Shown here one piece after another: positions 58,280 through 64,000 of a stretch of DNA of 64,000 bases. Location of the stretch: NCBI GenBank assembly GCA_963768835.1, contig CAVYJB010000001.1, positions 281,903 through 345,902 of the forward strand, written 5' to 3'. The position numbers were made by a program, and so were the translations under genes. How positions within the stretch are numbered: position 1 is the stretch's first letter; every line of letters begins with the position of its first letter. The DNA is from an uncultured bacterium. GTDB lineage: Bacteria; Patescibacteriota; Minisyncoccia; UBA6257; GWB1-50-10. A model generated the notes under the pieces. That model saw only the letters and a program-made list of their open reading frames with translations, did not search any database and was not told where the DNA came from.

Positions 58280-58453
58280 ATGAAACCACTCCGCTCCCTC
58301 GCGCTCCTCGGGAATGCCGCTTATATCCTTTGGGTACTGTATAACGGGATCGATGAAGGGTTCCGTAATATCGGGAGCGTCCAGAGCGTTGCGCTCATCG
58401 GCCTCATCCTCCTCCTCGTCCTGAACCTCGTCCTTCTATCGAAGGAGAAATAG
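58280..58453 (+). CDS. 57-aa two-TM peptide (not in the ORF track)
   Basis: MKPLRSLALLGNAAYILWVLYNGIDEGFRNIGSVQSVALIGLILLLVLNLVLLSKEK*. Confidence 0.65.
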   Translation: MKPLRSLALLGNAAYILWVLYNGIDEGFRNIGSVQSVALIGLILLLVLNLVLLSKEK

Positions 58454-58483
58454 AATGCCGCAGAATCACAGAGGCCGACGGGC

Positions 58484-59056
58484 CTATTTTTTTACCTTCT
58501 CCGCCAGGGAATAGTAATGCAGCGAGTTTCCCGATTGGAACTCCCGCGTCTTGAAAAGCTTCAGGCCCACCCTCCTGGAGAGGCCGGTGAAGAGCGAACT
58601 GCCCTTCCCCAGCGCGACCGGATTCACCATGATCCGGAATTCGTCGATCAGCCCCTCCTCTATCAGACCGACACAGAGATTATTGCTGCCGAATATCGCG
58701 ATCTCCTTGCCGGGCCGCGCCTTGAGCTTCCCGATCTCGCCTACGACGTTGTTCGAGACGACGGTGGTGCCTTTCCATTCCGGCTTGAACGGTTCGTGCG
58801 AAGCGACGATCTTCGGCGTTTCGTTCATGAACCGCGCGGTCTCCGGGTCCGCCGCCGTCCCCTGCGGCGTCGGCCAGAAGCCCGCCATCAGGTCGTAGGT
58901 CCAGTGCCCGAAGAGAATCGTGTCGACGAGTCCGTCCTGCTGCCCGTGCGCGAATGCATTGAACTCGGCATCCACGTTATGCCATGACAGGTCGTGGCCC
59001 ACACCCTCGAAGTAACCGTCCACGCTCACCATCATGAACAGGAAAATCTTCCTCAT
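58484..59056 (-). CDS. Dihydrofolate reductase/RibD C-terminal family protein
   Basis: MMVSVDGYF, LIDEFRIMVNPVALGKG; start reassigned to ATG 59056. Confidence 0.9.
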   Translation of the reverse strand: MRKIFLFMMVSVDGYFEGVGHDLSWHNVDAEFNAFAHGQQDGLVDTILFGHWTYDLMAGFWPTPQGTAADPETARFMNETPKIVASHEPFKPEWKGTTVVSNNVVGEIGKLKARPGKEIAIFGSNNLCVGLIEEGLIDEFRIMVNPVALGKGSSLFTGLSRRVGLKLFKTREFQSGNSLHYYSLAEKVKK

Positions 59057-59160
59057 GGGAGTATTGTACCAAACGGGTCCATCCTCCGCGGAAACAAATA
59101 AGAAAGGCGTCCAGATTTGGTTCTGAACGCCTTTTACAATGCGTTTTCCCTGCTGAAGAT

Positions 59161-59574
59161 CTACACGGTGAATTCCCCGTACGCGCCGCCCGCAACAAGC
59201 GGGATCCAGACCGACACCTTCCTTATCGCCATCGGCCGATTCCCTCTCTGGTCGTCCAACCAGCAACACACATCTGCCAGGATCTTGCTTTTGCGCCCTT
59301 CGAGATCTTTGAGTCGCTCGGGATATTCGTTCGCAAACACGACGATCTCAACGTCGGCACTATGGACATCGAATTTCCCGAACTCCCGGACCTCAACCTC
59401 GACCTCACTCGAGGCCAACTCTGCTTTCGTGCCCGGCACCGAGAGAGCCCCGGCCACGATCGTCGTGAGATATCTTGTGAAGAGCCTGAGCGGATGCTTC
59501 TCAATGTCTCCAAGGAGAAGATCGTCCGTGGGCCCGAAGTATTTCTCTTTGGTCTTTACGATCACGTACGGCAT
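59161..59574 (-). CDS. Hypothetical protein (137 aa; N-terminal Pro, tautomerase-like topology possible)
   Basis: MPYVIVK start after an AAAGGGG RBS. Confidence 0.6.
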   Translation of the reverse strand: MPYVIVKTKEKYFGPTDDLLLGDIEKHPLRLFTRYLTTIVAGALSVPGTKAELASSEVEVEVREFGKFDVHSADVEIVVFANEYPERLKDLEGRKSKILADVCCWLDDQRGNRPMAIRKVSVWIPLVAGGAYGEFTV

Positions 59575-59769
59575 TGGCGTCCCCTTTCGTATTGGTGGAT
59601 GAAAAGAACGTGCTTACGCTGGGCACAGGATAGCATAAATTCATTTATTAGTCAATGTTCTCACTTGCCTCGCCGAGTCCGCCGACGTACCGTTTCTCAA
59701 AAATCCCCCGCCTCAAAGAGGTCGGGGGCTTTTGTATGTGTGCCGCGCTATGGCGGTCAAGGACCGGAG

Positions 59770-60174
59770 TCACCGGTCGGACGGACCCTCGGGAGGTATC
59801 CCTTCCGAGTTGCCGGGTTTGCGAGGATGCCGCCAGACGTACCGACGGACCGCATGAGTCCTTCGGCGACGTTCTTCGGGGGTCTCCTCGATCTTCCTGA
59901 TGTCGACGGTAGTGGGGCGATACGGCCGGCAATCGATGATGCCGCCCCACTGCCAGAAGAGGGTAACCTCATCCGAAACGACCTTGATCCAGAACCATCG
60001 GATTTGGCCGTCGGGGAGCGTGACCTTGAATCGATCGCGTTCTTCGCTCACCTCAAGCTTCGCCGTTTGGGCTATCATGAGGAATTTCCGGATAGATTCG
60101 TCGACACGCAGAACAGGTTTATGCGGCGCATGCGCAAGGAGCTTCTGCGCCAATTCGGTAGCCGTAAGGACCAT
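59770..60174 (-). CDS. Hypothetical protein (134 aa)
   Basis: AAAGGAGG RBS; hairpins on both sides (59703-59733, 60281-60314). Confidence 0.55.
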   Translation of the reverse strand: MVLTATELAQKLLAHAPHKPVLRVDESIRKFLMIAQTAKLEVSEERDRFKVTLPDGQIRWFWIKVVSDEVTLFWQWGGIIDCRPYRPTTVDIRKIEETPEERRRRTHAVRRYVWRHPRKPGNSEGIPPEGPSDR

Positions 60175-60333
60175 CCACGGCCCTCCTTTCTTCGCTTGTG
60201 ATGGGAAAGTGCTTCCGGCCTCCCAGGGACGGTATATTAATAGAACGTAGAAGAGCCTTCGGGGTTACCGGCGGTGTATAAAAGTCCCCTGGGCAAAAGC
60301 TGCCTAGGGGACTTCGGTTCAAGCTACCCGCCC

Positions 60334-62334
60334 TTATTTCCCGAACTGGAGAAAGGAGGACAGGAACCGCACCGCGAGCGTCGCTTCGAACACCCATACC
60401 TCGACCCACCGGAGGGGATTCAGCACGTGACGATACCACTCGCGCCAGATCCGATCCACATGGGCCCGCGAGGACGCGATGAACGGATTGTGCTTCCGCA
60501 GCCAGACGGAAAGACGCGTCGTATTGAGGGTCCGCAGTTCGGGGACCTTCTCCGCGAGCTCCCGGTAGAACGCCACAAGCTCGCGCGTCCGCACTCCCTG
60601 CCAGTCCACGACGTCCTGCTTCGTCTTCGCGAGAAGCGCTTCGAGTTCCTCCTCGAGGCGGCTCTTCGGTCGGCTCCGAAGCCAGACCTCCTCGAACTGC
60701 CGGAGCAGCCGCATCAGCACGCGGCCACGGCGCAGAAGATCCAGGGCTTCGCGCACGAGAAACACGGGGAGTGATTCCCGCGGCATCCCAGGGCGCCGGT
60801 CGCGACGCGAACGGATGCGCCAGAACCCGCAGTTCATCGGATGCAGCCCTTCGACGAGCGGTGCATAGAGGTACCACGCGAGCGTGGAGAGCTGCCCCCA
60901 GTACCGCGGGGTTTTTCTCCAATGCCGCATCACCTGCACCATGTAGTCCGTCGTATAGAGCTGCGTCCACGCGTCCCGGTAGGATTGCATAAGCTCCTCC
61001 CCCGTCATGCGCTCCGGCTTCACGGTGATGTGGGCCGAGTCGTAGAGGTTGAGGTCTGGCTCCAGCGGCACGCGGTTTCGGTGCCAGGTCTGGTGATCTT
61101 CGGAACCGGGAAGCGCCGTCAGGATGTAGAACGAGACCAGGTCGAAGCCGACCTCCTTCAGGGTTTCGATGTCGTGGCGGATGCTCTCCGGAGTGTCGAA
61201 CGGCAGACCGAGGATGTACCCCGCATGGCAGCTCATCCCGAGCGACTGCAGGTACGAGACGAGATCGTGATAGCCCCGCACCTGGTTCTGGTACTTGCCC
61301 TGCGCGCGGAGATTCTCCTGGCTCACGCTCTCCACTCCCATAAACACCTGGTCGCAGCCGGCCCGCGCGGCGCGCTCGAAGAAATTCCCTTTCATCTTCC
61401 GCGCGGCCAGATCGGCCTGCATCATGAAGGTGAACGGTATATGCTCCTGCTCGCGCAGATGCGTGAGGCCGTCGAAAAGCTCCGGCCAGCGCGGGTTCCG
61501 GGCGAGGTTGTCATCCGTGAAGAAACAGTGGGTGACCCCCGCATCGTGGTAGCCGCGACGGACGAAATCGATCACGTGCTCCGGGTCGCGGAAGCGCATG
61601 GTATTGCCCTGGACGTTGATGATCGTGCAGAACTTACACGTGAAGGGGCATCCCCGACCGGTGTCGAGCGTGCTGAAGGGCGACGCGAAGCTCCGGAAAT
61701 CCTTCGGCGTGAGCCGCGGGGTCGGGGCGCGTTCGAGGCTCGGCGTCCGCTCGAGGAAATTATAGAGCGGGTGCGCCTCGCCGGTGACCACGTCCTCGAT
61801 GATGCGGGGCAGGCGTCCTTCCTCGACCTCGCCCGCGACGAGAATGATTCCGTCGCAGAGCGCGTCGCGGAGCTCCCGCGTGAGCGTGATCATGGCGAGC
61901 GTGCCGCTCACGTGGAACCCTCCGATCAGGACGGGTATCCCGTGCGGCAAGAAACGCGCGGCAAGATCGCGGGAGCGCGGAAACTGGTTCGACTGGACCC
62001 CGACGAAGGCGACAATCACGCGTACGCCGGGAACCTTGGACCGACGGATGATCTCGCGGACCGGAACGGTGGCGACCGCTTCGTCGATAGGATGCGTATG
62101 GAGACGCACGCCCGCGAAGAACGGGTCGCTCCGCAGGTCGTCCGTCAGGGTGCGCATCTGCGTCAGGGTGTTCGAGCGGATGACGCCGATCCTCGTTCGG
62201 ATCGGATAGCCGTGGTCGTCATAGTTCGTCGCCCGGATGAGATACACATCGATCTCGCGCGCATACGCGAGGGCCTTTCGGCCCGGATCGGTCCCTACGG
62301 TCGGGACCGCACCGCTTTCCACAGTGAGCTGCAT
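60334..62334 (-). CDS. B12-binding-domain radical SAM protein (BchE/HpnP-like superfamily)
   Basis: VGVQSNQFPR...IGGFHVSG, GEVE, RGCPFTCKFC, FFTDDN, FMGVES, GYILGLP.DT and LTALPGS. Confidence 0.88.
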   Translation of the reverse strand: MQLTVESGAVPTVGTDPGRKALAYAREIDVYLIRATNYDDHGYPIRTRIGVIRSNTLTQMRTLTDDLRSDPFFAGVRLHTHPIDEAVATVPVREIIRRSKVPGVRVIVAFVGVQSNQFPRSRDLAARFLPHGIPVLIGGFHVSGTLAMITLTRELRDALCDGIILVAGEVEEGRLPRIIEDVVTGEAHPLYNFLERTPSLERAPTPRLTPKDFRSFASPFSTLDTGRGCPFTCKFCTIINVQGNTMRFRDPEHVIDFVRRGYHDAGVTHCFFTDDNLARNPRWPELFDGLTHLREQEHIPFTFMMQADLAARKMKGNFFERAARAGCDQVFMGVESVSQENLRAQGKYQNQVRGYHDLVSYLQSLGMSCHAGYILGLPFDTPESIRHDIETLKEVGFDLVSFYILTALPGSEDHQTWHRNRVPLEPDLNLYDSAHITVKPERMTGEELMQSYRDAWTQLYTTDYMVQVMRHWRKTPRYWGQLSTLAWYLYAPLVEGLHPMNCGFWRIRSRRDRRPGMPRESLPVFLVREALDLLRRGRVLMRLLRQFEEVWLRSRPKSRLEEELEALLAKTKQDVVDWQGVRTRELVAFYRELAEKVPELRTLNTTRLSVWLRKHNPFIASSRAHVDRIWREWYRHVLNPLRWVEVWVFEATLAVRFLSSFLQFGK

Positions 62335-62663
62335 GGAGAACTCCTCTTAGATATGAATGTGAATGTTGATTTTTGAAATACTGGTTCCAAGCGTAGCAAG
62401 GAAATCGTCCGGCGGCAAGCCAGTGCTAGCGTTTCAGGCCTTCTCCGTCTATACTTTCCCCGAGGCCACCGCCTACGAGCCCGGGACGCGGGCTCCCTAG
62501 CTTGTTACATGGATTCGAATCCGGCGTAGGTATCCCTCGCGGTCCCCAGAATCACTCTTTCCCCACACTATTTACTGGTAACGTTTTTGGCTCTCGCACG
62601 GCTACGAATTACCGGATAGTCCGAGTGTTTTGATGTTGATGAAAAGATTTTCGCTATAACCGC

Positions 62664-64000
62664 ATGAAACAACTTCTGAAATATTCCCGGCCCTACCTCT
62701 GGCAATTCCTTCTGTTGCTGGTCATGGTCTACCTCATGGTGGCGGCCACGCTGGCGTTGCCGGACTACATGGCCACGATCATCAACAAGGGCATCATCGT
62801 CCAGGACATGGGCGTCGTCTGGCACAACGGGTGGGTCATGCTGCTCTTCGCGCTTGGCGCCGCGGGAGCCAGCGTCGTGGTCGGCTGGCTGGCCTCGCGC
62901 ATCGCGGCCGGATTTTCCCGCGACATCCGCGCCGCCACCTTCGCCAAGGTGGAGAGCTTCTCGCTCCATGAGTTCAATACGTTCTCGACCGCCTCTCTCA
63001 TCACCCGCACGACCAACGACGTCCAGCAGATACAGACGGTCCTGACCATGCTCCTGCGGATGGCCTTGATGGCGCCGTTTATGGGCGTGTGGGCCATCAT
63101 CAAGGCCTACCAGAACGCCCCGTCGATGACCTGGATCATGGGCTGGGCGGTCGGGGTGCTCATCGCGATTATTGCGGTCCTGTTCACCATCGCGATTCCC
63201 CGTTTCAAAATCCTCCAGAAGCTCGTCGACCGCCTGAACCTCGTCAGTCGGGAAATCCTCACTGGTCTGCGGGTCATTCGCGCCTTCAACCGCGAACCGG
63301 CCGAGGAACGGAAATTCGACCGCGCCAACGTAGAGCTGACGAACGTCAACCTGTTCGTCAACCGGCTGCTGGTCGTCATGCAGCCGGTCATGACCCTCAT
63401 CATGAACGTCGCGAGCCTGGGCATCATCTGGTACGGCGCGCATCTCATCGACCTCGGCAACCTGCAGATCGGCCAGATGCTCGCCTTCATGCAGTACGCC
63501 ATGCAGGCGGTGTTCGCATTCCTTCTGATCACCATCGTTTTCATCATGGTCCCGCGTGCGTCCGTTTCGGCGAACCGCATCGGCGAGGTGTTGGCGACCG
63601 AAGCCACGATCGAGGACCCGGAAAAGCCGGTCGACGTCTCCGCCCTCCGCGGCGGCAAGGTGGAGTTCCAGGACGTGACCTTCTCCTATTCCGGCGCCGA
63701 CACGCCGGTGCTCTATGACATCACCTTCTCGGCGCTCCCGGGGCAGACCACCGCGTTCGTCGGCAGCACGGGCAGCGGGAAATCCACCCTGATCAACCTG
63801 ATCCCGCGGTTTTACGAAGTCACGAACGGCGCGATCAGGATCGACGGCGTCGATATCCGCCAGATGCGCCTCGAAGACCTGTACGCCAAGATCGGGTACG
63901 TGCCGCAGAAGGGCGTTCTGTTCTCCGGAACGGTGGAAAGCAACCTGAAGTACGGCGCGCCGAACGCCTCGGCCGCGGAGGTGCGGGACGCGGTGGCAAT
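62664..64000 (+). CDS. ABC exporter, fused TM plus ATPase (multidrug/MsbA-like); 3'-truncated by window edge
   Basis: MKQLLKYSRPYL..., FSTASLITRTTNDVQQ, REILTGLRVIRAFN and VGSTGSGKSTLINLIPRFY. Confidence 0.92.
   Translation, partial: MKQLLKYSRPYLWQFLLLLVMVYLMVAATLALPDYMATIINKGIIVQDMGVVWHNGWVMLLFALGAAGASVVVGWLASRIAAGFSRDIRAATFAKVESFSLHEFNTFSTASLITRTTNDVQQIQTVLTMLLRMALMAPFMGVWAIIKAYQNAPSMTWIMGWAVGVLIAIIAVLFTIAIPRFKILQKLVDRLNLVSREILTGLRVIRAFNREPAEERKFDRANVELTNVNLFVNRLLVVMQPVMTLIMNVASLGIIWYGAHLIDLGNLQIGQMLAFMQYAMQAVFAFLLITIVFIMVPRASVSANRIGEVLATEATIEDPEKPVDVSALRGGKVEFQDVTFSYSGADTPVLYDITFSALPGQTTAFVGSTGSGKSTLINLIPRFYEVTNGAIRIDGVDIRQMRLEDLYAKIGYVPQKGVLFSGTVESNLKYGAPNASAAEVRDAVA

Noticed and set aside
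1-64000. Alternative genetic code (TGA = Gly, code 25)
   Set aside because: Conserved genes such as pheT, ligA and pilC end at TGA at their expected lengths and have no in-frame TGA.

Overview
High-GC bacterial chromosome segment that looks like Patescibacteria/CPR (Parcubacteria-like). This is inferred from the short IF2, the type IV pilus cluster with tandem pilins, giant Ig-repeat surface proteins and tRNAs mostly lacking encoded CCA; TGA is used as stop, so the code is 11. Core genes: recG (5'-truncated), pheST, mltG, gatA/gatC, ligA, a pilM-N-O-B-T-C-pilins-pilD cluster, clpP, tyrS, rbfA, infB, seven tRNAs and several ABC/efflux genes. The most unusual structure is an integrase-free tandem array of three cargo cassettes (7383-16254) anchored at the 3' end of tRNA-Asp. 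Each cassette ends in a conserved 72-bp repeat whose last bases are the same CGCGCA found at the tRNA end. The cargo includes a protein with a DGR-target-like C-terminus, a citrate-synthase-like/cytidylyltransferase pair, and a Fur-linked metal/sulfur module with an unannotated 46-aa, 10-Cys metallothionein-like peptide. Also present are an orphan Mu-Gam gene behind a tRNA-Met, a 480-bp mini-island at tRNA-Ser, and a stand-alone 5-hmdU DNA kinase-like gene. Four or five genes are broken by single-base indels at short G/C runs, most simply read as homopolymer sequencing errors. All family calls come from motifs recognised by eye; no database was searched.
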